Positions 27,445 through 40,885 of a stretch of 64,000 nt of DNA are shown here, one piece after another (position 1 is the stretch's first letter; each line of letters opens with the position of its first letter). Below the pieces are notes generated by a model. The model did not search any database and was not told the DNA's origin. It saw only the letters and a program-made list of their open reading frames with translations. A program made the position numbers and the translations under genes. The stretch is from Octopus vulgaris. Lineage: Eukaryota. The DNA lies in NCBI GenBank assembly GCA_951406725.2, contig OX597830.1, forward strand, positions 992,001 through 1,056,000. The letters run 5' to 3'.

Positions 27445-27448
<4 letters not shown>

Positions 27449-27630
27449 AAGCAGGAAAAAACAACAGCACGAAGACGTGGAATAAGTACAGTGTTATTGG
27501 ACACTCAGGAAAAGAAAGAAAAGAAAGAGGACTTCCCGTTTCGAGCGGAGCTCTTCGTCAGAAACATAGAAAAAGTCCAAAGAAGGGAAGGCGGAGAAAG
27601 AAAATCGCCAACGTAACACACGTTGTCACA
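27445..27630 (-). mobile_element. Short repeat with a decayed HHR (27530-27566); older relative at ~24230-24397 on plus
   Basis: Minus strand reads GTTT-CTGACGA-A-GAGC(TCC)GCTC-GAAAC; the stem I partner is lost; starts at (TA)n. Confidence 0.5.
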
Positions 27631-28478
27631 TATTGAAATGAAAATGTTCCTAATCACAAAACTCCACGGAATAACACCTGATCACCGATTTCTGTTTAGA
27701 GAAAAGCAGTATATTTCAAATTAGACAGGAAGCCATTTTATATTCTGTAGAAGAAATCGAACTTCAAAAGCCAGTGAAATATACTTCCAGTCCTTATAGC
27801 TTATTACATCTAATCTGACATAGTTTGTGAAGGCTCAATAAATTTATCAAGAATGCGATGGTTAAGATGTGAAATACCGCCTTGGTTGCACATAACATCA
27901 ATAGTTATGCATTCTCTTAATTCAGAGTAAATTATTGGTAATTATTTTATATGCTCTGAGTAAGGGTAGAAAGCCAAACACAACAGGCAACGATGCATAA
28001 ATTTAAAGAAAGTCATAATGAAAAATAAATATAGCGTTTTGTCAAAATGCTCACTCTTACCCATCAACTCGGCCGTACTAAAGCATTACGGTTGTGAGAA
28101 CTTCAGATAAAAGAGATTCACTGGAAACCAAAGAACCTTGATAGAGAAAACTAAAGTAGCAGCAACTGTTGCTTTATTTTGTAAATTGAAACTTTAGAAT
28201 TATTAATTTGTTTGTCAATCAATCATACACAATACATTCAAAGAAAATGTTTCTATATTTCCTGCGTGAAACAAACGGAACCTCAATGAAATGTGTGCCT
28301 TGCCCCAATTATGTCATTTCACAACAGGCGATAAAATATTTTAGCTGTTATTTTCATGTGAATAAATAAATATAGACTTTATACCTAATTTTTATATTAA
28401 ATTAAATCTTCAGAGAATATATTGAAAATAAATTTGCATCAATAAATATTAGTTTATTTGTTAGGTATTTGTCATATT

Positions 28479-28520
<42 letters not shown>

Positions 28521-30099
28521 GCAAAGGCATTATAAGTGATATCCTTTCATTTCACAAAGTAATAATTTTTCTCTGCGTTTGACTGAGAACTTGGCCATTG
28601 CCGGGGAAATATGCTTTTAGATGCATTAGTCAATTATGAATTCCCAGATCAAACAAAAATATTCTAATTCCACTTTGTTTCATTATTTGTGCTTTATCAC
28701 AGACTTTAATTTCTCTGATGAACCATTTAATGGGTTTGAAATGTGTTTGAACCTCAATTTCACTTAGTTTACCCATAAAACTACGTTAGTGCTAATGTAT
28801 GCAAATTAGACCTTGCGTTCACCCATTTTCTCTCCCTCCCCGGGGTACAGATTCAGACAATTTTGTATTTTGTTTTGTTTTAATTTTTAGAAACCGTTTT
28901 TCGTCAGACACTTCAAATGGTGAACTTCTTGGAAAGGGAATTTATTACAGTAAATCCTTGAATTCATTGCATTTCATATCAGATGTCCTCTCAAAGCTTG
29001 GAGTTAGTTATCCTACAACGCACAAAAGCAACAACAACAACATAGCATTATTGTAAATATTATTATTTATGGATTTATATCTTTCGGAAAATCTGAAAAA
29101 CAAAGGCAACCTAAAATAACGCCAACAATTATCATAGAAGGTTTAAATTCATTATAATGAACATTATCCATGAAATGTAAATTGATGAACTCCAGAACTT
29201 GAAGGGATGTATAAATAACCATATATCACATTTAAAAGAGGATGAAAGATAATGGAAATAAGCTATTTTCCTTTTAAAACTCAAAGCAACAACAAAAATG
29301 GACACATACTGTAGATTAATTTCACTATAATTATATTTTGAAAATGTCTATCAAAAGCAAGTACAGCTTATTTTTCTTTGTTGTACCATTTTATTTGTAC
29401 CATTACTCACGAGGTGAAATTTTACTAAATATTTCAAAAACATGGCCATATGTGTGTGTGTGTGTGTGTGTGTACATGTTTATGTGAATAACATTACATT
29501 CAAAAGATTGTAGGTTGTTGACGCAAATGTGTGTGGTTGTGTGTGGTTTTATATATGTGATAATGTGAATGACATAACACGCCAGAGGATGTGGATTGTT
29601 GACGGGAATGTCAATTATAATTTTATTCCATTCTTCCAGTTTCTGGGCTCAAATTCTATCAGCAGCCTTGTTCATGTTTTATCTTTTCACAGTCAATAAA
29701 CGAATTTCGCATAACACGTTAGAGTGTATATTTGACTATTCTGTTTATGTCAGTATAGACAGATGTTTGGTAGCAGGCAAGATTTGGAGAGATTTGTAGC
29801 TTCATCAAATCAATAAGAAAAACGATAGAAAATATGAGCCTATTTCACCAGTAGTATTGCTTACAGAGACATTTTGTTTAATAAGAAGGTTCTCACATTG
29901 GTAGATACATATTTAGCAACACACCAGAAGACTCTCTTTCATTTGGGGAGACGAAAGAACTTTTTGACAGGCAGTGGGGTTTATGTTGCTTTGAGGGTCA
30001 AGACGAACATAAATTGCTGAAGTACCCTTTCTACTAATGGTACAAAACTGAAAATTTGCTGAACTATAAAATCAAAACTAGGCGTTGATGGTGTGTCTA

Positions 30100-30307
30100 A
30101 GATGGCGAGCTAGCAGAATTGTTAGCAAGTTGCGCAAAATGTTTAGCAGCCTTTCCTCTGTCCTTGCGTTCTGAGTTTTAATTCCTCCGAGGGTGACTTT
30201 ACATTTCGGTGCCGATAAATCAAGTAGTAGTTGAAAACTGGGGGTTAATGTGATCGACTTACCCCCAACATATGAAATTAATAGCCCTGTACCAGAATTT
30301 GAAACCA
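30100..30307 (+). mobile_element. SINE family B, diverged
   Basis: atggcgagctagcagaattgttagc...gttctgagtt...gataaatcaagtagtagttg...tttgaaacc. Confidence 0.7.
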
Positions 30308-31269
30308 ATTGAGTGAATGTGTGTTAAGTTGTACATTTTGCTTATAATGTGGCTACGACGGAAGAGTCAGATAATTTGGATAAGGACTTTCCTTTTGTGG
30401 AGTATTTGGGGAGAAAGAACTAATAAGATTGATTTCATTGACGCACTTCACTTTCCTCAAAGAGTTCAAAGGGAATTAATTTTGGTAGAAGCTGGAGTTG
30501 GCCAACAACTGCTGAGACTGTCAGCATTTAACCAAAATGAATGACAAAAGGGTTTGTTGTAGGATATTGTCCTGTAAAACATGTGAATTGAGCTGAAAAG
30601 AGAAAACTGGGTCAAAGATTATATTGAAGATAGAGAAAGTCCATTTTAGAGGTATTTTCAAGTGCGTTCTTTATACCAGACTAAATGCAAAGTTTTGTTA
30701 TTAAGATTTAAGTAGCAAGCAAAAGATCATCTTTCAAGAGTAAGTTTCGTATTTGTTTAATACAGATATATCTTAGAGATAACAATTTTGTGTCCGAAAC
30801 AGAAATAAACTACACTCTCGTTCGGATTTACGAGGGAGCTCTGCATGAGCGCGAGACCTACTAAAATGCTCAAATTACTTCTCAAATCGGTAGCTTCTGT
30901 GTAGAAGATGATGGACAAGGTAAAACGATGTTCACTGATACTGTTGTAGAGAAGGAAGACGTCCAATTCATAAGGAACTGCGATGCAATTAATTCAAAAC
31001 GTGTTTAAATGCATGCAATGTACGCTGCTCTTCAGATTTCGTAGTGTACTTATCATGGTTCAACAATGCCATTGTTGAAGAATTCTGTTTTAAAAGTATT
31101 TTTTGCCGGTATTCATAAACTAATATTCAAACTTCCATTCATGTTAAAAGGGTATAGCATGAATACAAAGAAAGACAATCACAAAAATAAGAGAGAAACA
31201 AGCTCTCCAAGTTTGTATCGAATACAGAAACAACTTTTGAAATTATAATTTTCTGTGTATATATATATA

Positions 31270-31684
<415 letters not shown>

Positions 31685-32366
31685 AAATATAGAGATATTC
31701 ATTTGATAATCCAATAATTTATCTATATTACAATATTACATTAAATACCATGAATATAATATATAACATAAATAATCATAAAAACCACAAAAGGCCAACA
31801 AATTGTTTCGAATTGGATGTTTAACACACCCCTTTGAAGACTTTCTTTTCCTCAGTTTCCTACTTCATGTGTGTGTGTGTGTGTGTGTATCTGTGTGCGT
31901 GTGTTTGTGTGTATGCATATATATCTCTGTATACATAGATGTATGTTTGTATGTACATATATGTATGTATGTATGTATGTATGTATATATATATATATAC
32001 ATACATGTATGTGTGTATATATATATAGATATACATGTATGTGTATATATATGTATATGTATGTATGTATGTATATATATATATATACATGTATGTGTAT
32101 ATATATATATATATGTATATATATGTATGTATGTATATGTGTGTGTGTGTGTATGTGTGTGTGTGTGTGTATGGTTATGATATATTCCGTTAGGAACGTG
32201 GTAGAGTACAGTATAAAGCTCGGCCACACTCAGAATTACCCAGCACTATCACTAGTGTTATTATATACTTCCAAGTTTAAGTTTGGACATTCGTCGTCTG
32301 TGAGTATTAAATTGAAGAAACTGCAGCCAACAAGGTGTACATTTGCAGAGTTGTTTTTTCCTCGCT

Positions 32367-32626
32367 ACAATTATTTCAAGGCAACGTAGTCCTCCAAGAA
32401 TACTTGTATTTGATTATGCAACTCTTTGCGTAATGAGATCTAGTTGTGTTTCCTCAGGTAATATGCGTGTGTTGTTTCCGTTAGTTGCAGTCGACGATTT
32501 TAAACTGACAGAGACAACACTCGTATATCACATGATGAAACACAACTAGATCTAAATATGCAAACAAACAGTTGCATAATCAAATATCTGTATTCCTGGA
32601 GAACTACGTTGCGTCGAAACAGCTGT
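32367..32626. repeat. Old imperfect foldback with HHR-like ends
   Basis: gcaacgtagt..tttgattatgcaact..agatctagttgtgtttc is mirrored on the right; right end reads CTGGAGA..C-GAAA-CAGCTG-TC. Confidence 0.7.
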
Positions 32627-32849
32627 CGTGATTAAGAACTGTCCAACTGTTCTCCCACTTGTTGACTTAAACTTCTTCAGTTACACATACACGAACGCAC
32701 ACACACATATGTATACACACACTGTATTAATAAAGCTGAAAAAGCATCCCCAAACCTTTTACTGAGGTTAAGAAAGCACATTTTTCTCTATCCGGTATTA
32801 TTCTATCCACTTTGTTTCACATTCATATGCTTATTCTGGTATATATCAG

Positions 32850-33189
32850 ATAGGCACAGACATGGTTTCGGATTTAGTGTCACCGTGTGGCACCTTGGGA
32901 AAATGTCTTCTAGTATAGCCTCGAGCAGTCAAAGCCTTGGGAATGGATTCGGTAGACGGAAGCAGAAAGAAGCAGGTTGTATATACATATGTGCGTGTGT
33001 GTTTCTCTCCCATCATCTCTCGACAAATAGTGTTAGTGTATTGACGTAACTTAGCGTTTCAGAGAAAGAGACAGAGAGAATATGTCTCGGGCTTTACAAT
33101 GAAATACTAGCTTCGATTTGTTCAACTAAAATTCTTCAAGGCGGTGCCCCAGCATGGCCGAAGTCAAATGATTGAAACAGGTAGAAGAT

Positions 33190-33192
<3 letters not shown>
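32850..33192 (+). mobile_element. SINE family A with a LINE-related 3' tail
   Basis: ggcaccttgggaaaatgtcttctagtatagcctcg (CORE-like); tail ggcggtgccccagcatggcc identical to 63466-63485. Confidence 0.8.
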
Positions 33193-33230
<38 letters not shown>

Positions 33231-36051
33231 TAGTGACTTATTGTATAAGGAATAGGTGGCGTTCGACAGTCGGAGAAAGTTTGTATTGTTTTCGTTCTAG
33301 TACACTGAGTTCAAATCCGGCCCAGAACAGCTCTATGCCTTCCATCCTTTTACGGCTCCTGGATGGGAAAATATAGAACTCACTTGCGGTGATTGTTGTT
33401 CTTTCAGTTCTGAGATTAAATGCTTACCATAGTCGACATCACTTATATATATATATATACACGCCACCTGGTTTAACACCGAGTCAATTGTGAACCTAAA
33501 ACGAGAGTTCATTCCGTTGAAAACATTTCTCCCATCTGTTTCGGAGATCGTGCAAGAGCAAATAAATACTGCCTTCCATCTAGTCTAAAACATAATGAAG
33601 AAAAGCGGAAAAAAGAAAAATGCATTTGTGATTTGACGCTGGAGAAAAGGAATTTTCAACGTGGTATCCATGTAGACAATTTAATATTTATTACTCGAGG
33701 CCCTGAGTAACTTCTGTAACTGGTCGTTCAAAACTAATGCATACACAAAAGCACAGGGACACAAAAATACACACACAGTGCCACAGAGACACACATTCAC
33801 CCGCACATAAATGTATGGGCAACAGAGCGTAAATAACTCACAATAAAAAAAGAGGAACACCGGGTCAGCTTTGATGGCGTGCAAATCTTACAGTGCAAAA
33901 TGGGTGCATTTTTTCGTACTGTGTGTGAAAACAGTAATAATAGTAGTGGATCAGCACTGTTACCATCACCACCCCAACACCATCACTATTCTCTTCTTTC
34001 TCCTTTTCCTCATCCCAGCCGAACCCACCACCCCTGCCGCCATCACCGAGGCCGCCGCCACCACCATCATTATCATCATCATTATTACTATCCCAATCAT
34101 CAACATCACTGTTATTGCCATTTGTTGCTGTCGTATTTGTATCATCATTTTCAGTGAGTTTAGGAATTTAAGGATCCTAGTTCCAATGTTTCGTTCCCTT
34201 TTTTTTTAACCCCCATCCCATATCTTTTGTGTGTGCATGAGTAGAACGATGATAAATACGATGTGTGAGTGTGAGCGTGTTTGTATGTGTATGAGTGGGT
34301 GATAAGTATAAATATTTATTTTTTAAATTACAAAAAGCTAATTAAATTATTATTTTTTTATCTTTAAGCTCAACAGATGACGGTGCTTTAAAGAGAATTT
34401 CTGACAATCAAACCGGCTTATTCAAGAATTTAAACATACGCAACATTAACCATGATTATTGAAAAGATAAAAAAAAAAAAACTGGCAAAATAGCCACAGA
34501 TTGTTGGGTTTTCAAGGGGAAGATAAACTAATTTCGCATTTGCTACAAATATCAATTCGATGTTGGATGATCGAAACAAAATTCGACCTCCAGTGTATAC
34601 CTCCATATACATTGAAACATACTTAAACACAGATACAATATAGAGGGCAGACTTCAAAGAACTTTAGAAATATTTGTGAAGTATCATTTCGAAATCATTT
34701 TCCGTTTGGCTATATTATTTGTAAGTGATAAAATATAACTCCTTCCATCTAAATATCTATTTCCCCTATCTCCCCCCCCCCCCCATATATTCTACTCTCA
34801 AATACGTATATATGCCAAAGCGGAAATTGGTCGGGTGATGTGGAATGTGAAAGCCGCATTGCAGGTTTCTTTGTAGAAGGGTAGTGCACTCGTTAAAGAA
34901 CAGATACAAAAGAAACAAAAATAAGAGCAATACAAGACTAAAATTCTGACACATAGGATGACAGGATGAGGCTTCCTAATGTCGAACCATTTTCCGTTAC
35001 GATCATCAGCTGCTAAATTGGTGCTCCACAACTGAACATATCTGGGCTGTGAAGTCCCAAACTGTTTTTGAATCACGAACCCTCTTCTGTAGAGAGTTCA
35101 ATGTTATGATATTCATCAATCATGTAGTCGGATCCATCATCCGAAATAGAATATTTTGCTTGTATTATCTTAGGATTAACTCGGTATCATTAAGATATTA
35201 TGGTTGCGATATTTCACTGGTATTATCGCAATGCTTATAGAATCTGCGGGGTTTGGCACAGCATCTTTCGTGGCTTTCATTTCCTTCCATCGTGGTTCTT
35301 ACATTTCTCAACAACTTCCTGAACAAAGCAATAGAATGATGACGGTGTACGCTCTGACCAGACATTTCTTAGAGAAAACGTACGTGTATATCTCTAATTC
35401 CTCTGTCGCACTCACTACCACGTGCAATGGAATAATGAAGTGCTTTTTTGTTTTCTAATCTGGCTAATAACAACTCCAAGACCGATTATTGTCTGATCCC
35501 TGATGGTAGCAGCTACCATACAACTCGCTTCCCTCATTACAGTGCAGTTATGGGTGAGTTCATATTCTGGACATACATTTTCCTTACATACGTCTGCATT
35601 GACTATTCTCATTGTTAATACCGTTCCCTATATAGGCAGAAATGTATTTCCCAAATAAATAATTTTCATATTCGAGACTTTGATTAAATAAGGTGTTATT
35701 CTGGCACTCAACTATGAGTCCTCTTTCTCACCTCTCACACACGCATACACACACACACACATACAAATGTACACATGCGTTCGCGCGCGCACACACACAC
35801 ACATATGGATAATAAACGAAAACGTGTGCTTTCGAAAAAATGTAAGAAGTGTAAATTAGAGTCAAATGACAAAGGAAACGATAAATAACAAAAACGTCCA
35901 TGAGAGAGAATCTCTGTGATTAACTCTGCGGTTCTGAATCAGCATTGTATCGACTTCAACTTCATTCAGCTTCTACTCTGGATTGTGCCACTCCATTTTT
36001 ATATAAATCACCAAACACACACGCATTCACGCTCATACACACACACACACA

Positions 36052-36087
<36 letters not shown>

Positions 36088-36173
36088 TGACGATTGCTGT
36101 TTGGTTGCAACTTCGCAGTGTGTCTCAACTGTCTCTTTAAAAACAGAATAAGACAAGAGTTGTATAGCGTAAA

Positions 36174-36368
36174 GATGGCGCGCTGGCTGAATCGTTAGCT
36201 CATTGCTGGGCCAAATGTTCTATCAGTATTTCATTTGTATGCGTGTTCTGAGTTGAAATTCTGCCAAGGTCACCTCGGTCTTGTATCTTCTCGGGGTCGA
36301 TAAAATAAGTACCAGTTGAGAACTGCCTTTGTCGAAATTTCAGGCCTTGTGCGAAAATTTGAAACCGA
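36174..36368 (+). mobile_element. SINE family B, diverged
   Basis: gatggcgcgctggctgaatcgttagc...ggggtcgataaaataagtaccagttg...tttgaaacc. Confidence 0.7.
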
Positions 36369-36719
36369 TAAAGTAGTCCTATGAATTTTACAGATTCATT
36401 TCAGCCCCTTGTTTGTTTTGGTCGTTTTTCTTTTATCGTTTTTCTTTATCGTTGGTGTTTTTCTTATGTTCTATTTTATTTTATTTTGTTCTCAAGTATG
36501 TAAACTAAGGCATACATCAGAATAATTGTAAAATTTAGTTGAATTTTTCTAATTTGAATAAAAGTTCTGAAGGTCAAATTATCTGAGAATGAAAATAAAC
36601 ACATTAATCAACAAAACAGAACGTCACTGGAGGGCTTGAACTTGAGCTTAAGACCGAAAAATTCCCCCTAAAAGCAAAACCACTTATAGCACGGTTATTG
36701 AGAAGTAAACATGGAAGCA

Positions 36720-37575
36720 AAAGGCTAAAGTTCTGACAAACCTGACTTGAAAGGTCCCTATCAAAATTTGAAAAGAGTATGTGGCCCACATAAAGACGGG
36801 TACTGTCCAGTTCTTTCTAAGGAAGAGAATCTTCTCACTGACGTATTGACATTGTGAAACGGGCAGAACATTTTAAAGATGTCCTCAATTGAGATTCAAA
36901 TGTTGACATGAACTAAGTTGAAGACCTTAATCTAGTACCTTGCATTGAATGCATGTTTGGAAGCGGTGAAAGCGGCTATAGAACAATTGACAAATCGGAC
37001 AGATCCAAGAAAGGATGGTATTCCGGGAGATTCTTTTCAATGTGACGTAAATATTTTGATAGATAAATCGACAGAGCTTCTAATCCAAATGTAGCAAGTA
37101 GGAACTGTCCCTCAACAATTTAATGATTCATCGATTGTACATCTAAAAAGGAAATAGCTGTGCATGTAACGATCGTCATGGCACATCGCTGCTCTCTGTT
37201 GTAGGAAAAGCCCTCTCTAGATTAATCTTAAATAGAATTAACGCTAACCTAGTCGGTTATGTCTGTCCAGAGGATCAGTGACAGTTTAGGTCAGGTCGAG
37301 GTACAGTGGGTATGATATTCAGTTTGCGACAAGTTAAGAAGGCCCCGGAGCATGATAAATACCTCTGTGTGGCATTTATTGACTTTACAAAAGCTTTTGA
37401 CTCTGTATGTCGGCAGGCTTTGTGGGAAGTATGAGGAAACCTCGAGATTCCCGAGCAAATATTAAATGTCATACTGTCCCGTACATAAAGATATGAAAGT
37501 AACCGTTCTCTCAAATGACAGTCTTAGCCTTTTGATATTAAAAATGGTAGAAAGCCAGGGTGAGTTTTGTTATTT
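36720..37575 (+). pseudogene. Decayed RTE (BovB/RTE-1-like) LINE RT fragment
   Basis: KGNSCACNDRHGTSLLSVVGKALSRLILNR...PEDQ*QFRSGRGTVGMIFSLRQ...VAFIDFTKAFDSVCRQALW. Confidence 0.85.
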
Positions 37576-37619
37576 ATAATAAATTCACAACTATGTCATG
37601 TACCTGATTATTAAGTTGA

Positions 37620-37806
37620 TTTCAAATTTCAAATTTTGGCATAAGCCCAGCAATTTCGTGGGTTGGGGATGTAAGTCGATTACATCGGCCCCAGTACTTA
37701 TCTGATATTTATTTTATCGACCACGAAAGGATGAAAGGCAAAGTCAACCACGGTGGAATTTGAACTCACAACCGGCGTACTAACAGTTCTGCCAGATCGC
37801 CGCCCT
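37620..37806 (-). mobile_element. SINE family B, internally deleted
   Basis: tcgaccacgaaaggatgaaaggcaaagtcaacc...aatttgaactc...tctgccagatcgccgcc. Confidence 0.7.
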
Positions 37807-37959
37807 GTACCTGATTATTGTATTTCTTGTGATTTATTGCTACAAATATTTTCACAAAATTTGCGAACCTCTCAAATCTCCCTATGAGCTCGCCGATCTG
37901 AGTTATAACAAGATCGATAGGTTTGCATGTCTCAATATTAGAATACCAAGTAAAGCGTG

Positions 37960-38150
37960 GAATCATGAGCAGAATCAGTAGCAAGCCGGGTGACATGCGT
38001 CGCGGCATTTCGTCGATCTTTACTTGCTCACTCCAAATTCTGCTTCTCATCCTTTTAGGGTCGATGAAACAAGTGGGCCCTGGGGTCGACATAATCAATT
38101 CAGCCCAACCCCACCGAAATTGCTGGCCTTGTACCAAAATTTGAAACCAA
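37960..38150 (+). mobile_element. SINE family B, diverged
   Basis: gcagaatcagtagcaagccggg...catccttttagggtcgat...ctggccttgtaccaaaatttgaaacc. Confidence 0.65.
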
Positions 38151-39499
38151 CATTAGAATACGAAGTCTAAGATACGACTGAAATAGAATTCGGGAGAAAT
38201 TAAGACACATCGCAGCGTTGATAAAACGTACATCTGATCAGCGTTATGATCATATTCTGACGCTATGCATTGCAAGGTCTATGTAGTACAATATTTACTT
38301 CTTAAGATGATAGCGTTCCAGCTATGGCTATCTAGTTATTTCTCGTAGGACACGTTAAAGTCCCCCATTTTAAAATAACTGTACTGCCATAGGTATAATA
38401 ACTGGCCGCTATTTGTACCTGGCCATCCAGCCTCGTAGACTTACCCTCTTTGCAGTGTTTGACTTCATATTTTTAAAGTCATCTTGTGAACCAGCATTAT
38501 AAATTTATTGTTCAGTAAGAACAACCTAATTGAAATAACTATTTCTAATTGTTTTGTCCACATTTGTTTTGTGTCTCATACATTAAACGGAACATAAACT
38601 CTCTGGAGAGAAAAAAATTCGTTAAGAACTTCCTAAAACCACTTTCAGACACAAACCAATTAGTATTTGAACATTTATTCATACCACTTAAATTACTTAA
38701 ATAATAATTCAGTCTACACTATTAGCGCTGTCTCATGTTTCTACCTTCTTCGTACAACACGGTGTTATTGTTGCCTTCAAGGCGTGATATGTTTCAAAAG
38801 CACTTTATACAGGGAGGTTTCCATGTAGTTGTTGAATCTTTAGAGATAGAGAAGCCAAAGTTCTCCAAAATGAAACACTGCGGTTTGAAAATGTGGAAAA
38901 AGAATTCTTTGTAGACTATTGTCCTTGGTAACAATGAACAATCAGTGTTGTAACGAACAGAAAATTATTCTGTTTACGTCATTTCTGGACAGGCTTGATC
39001 TGTGGCTAAATAATAACAGCAGCGCCAACGGTGTCAGTAAAGGAACTACTCACGTGGTCGCTTAACCGACAAAGAGGAGCAACCGATTTCAGTATATCGA
39101 AAGAGCCCTACCCCCACCAACATTAGTTGTGTGCAGCTGAACTTTGTTTTCTTGTTTCCTAGCTTCTGATCGAGCATGGACCAACAGAAATGTGGACTAA
39201 TACCTTCAAATAATAACCTTTCTCATTATGTGGGTATTTGGGAAACTGAAAGTCTTAAAATAACTTTATCCTTTATTTGAGACAACAGCGTGTATTTGAG
39301 GAAGGGTTGTCTACTGATTGTGGAAGTCAAATGATCATACAAGTATTAGAAATGAATTGCTCAGAATGAATTGCTCAGAATTTGTTGTAAAATAAATTCT
39401 AAAATATTTCACTCTGTTTTTAGAAAGAAACATATTTATTCAAATATTCTGAATCATGCAGCAAAAGCATCTCTATTTATACTTCAGTAAAAGAATGCC

Positions 39500-39572
<73 letters not shown>

Positions 39573-40294
39573 TTGTATGTTTGTATGTATGTATGTATAT
39601 ATAGCAGCCATTAATTTAATGAATCGTGTGACGATAAACTTGGGAAGACGTGATTCAAACTCTATCATAAGAAAAGATAAAAATTAGGCTAAATATAGCC
39701 AAAGATACATGTTAATTAAAGAAAGATTTTAAAACTCAAATGGATAGCAATTAACAGGAAAATTAAGCGCGCAGCATCAATGAATATATATATATTCCAT
39801 GTGTAAGTGAATGCCATAATAGATTGCGCTGCAGGGAAACCAATTAGATGTTTTTCATCTCTTTGTAATAACCTAGATGAGAACCATTCCTCTCCAAGTT
39901 ACGGTCTCTTAAACATTAAATACACTGTTTCTGACCACCCAAACCACTGAACAATCAGGCTATTAAGAAAGCCGACACGTGGAGAAACTGCTTGCAAAAA
40001 TAGTAACAAAACACTTCGTAAAACAAAAACTACGTTTTGTTATGTAATAAATTTATAAATTTTGCTTGAATGTAACGAGATAGTCATGGCTTTCATACAT
40101 TGAATCATTGTTCAGCTAACTATGGGGAAGGACAAACCAGAATGTGTTATACCGTACAAACACAGCATTCAGAGTGTACCGTGTATTACAGGTATAGACA
40201 GCCAGACCAAATTAGTAGTAGTTAAGTACTGTTATTCCCTTGGGTCACAGTGAGTGAACTTATGGCTCCTAAATTTATGATAAATAGCTAACCT

Positions 40295-40530
40295 CCCTAT
40301 TTCTTTACTATCCACAAGGGTCTAAACACAGAGGGGACAAACAAGGAAAGACAAACGGATTAAGTCGATTATATCGACTCCAGTGCGAAACTGGTATTTA
40401 ATTTATCGACCCCGAAAGGATGAAAGGCAAAGTCGACCTCGGCGGAATTTGAACTCAGAACGTAGCAGCAGGCGAAATTCTGCTAAGCATTTCGCCCGGT
40501 GCGCTAACGTTTCTGGCAACTCGCCGCCTT
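40295..40530 (-). mobile_element. Full-length SINE family B with a 14-bp target-site duplication
   Basis: taaatagctaacct at 40281-40294 and 40531-40544; body matches 45965-46190. Confidence 0.92.
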
Positions 40531-40728
40531 TAAATAGCTAACCTACCATATCTGTGTGGATAGTGAAATTCTCATCTGCATATCATCATGAGAAATATAA
40601 AGCATAAGGCTAAAGTGTTAGTGAATTATGTCAAAGAAATTTTAAGGTATATAATATAAAAATATTTTAATAAAAATGTATTTCTTTATATTTAATTTTT
40701 GGCACAAGGAATTTCGAAGTAGATGAAT

Positions 40729-40885
40729 CCTTTCATTGGACTCGAACCCACTCCTCCTGCAAAAATGTCATACGTGCTAACATTGGGGCAAAGTAACCCC
40801 ATCAATTTCTCTATCCATTTAAAAATGTTTGCTACATTGGTAGAGCGCCTGCTATGTATACTGGAGATACGGGTTCGAATCCAAA
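40729..40885. pseudogene. Two divergent decayed tRNA-like (A/B box) sequences
   Basis: Minus: tttgccccaatgttagcacg...gggttcgagtcc; plus: tttgctacattggtagagcg...gggttcgaatcc. Confidence 0.45.

Noticed and set aside
34900-35640. Complex-composition segment that might be a decayed coding region (also 1205-1490 and 30330-31000)
   Set aside because: No motif recognised; needs a translated homology search
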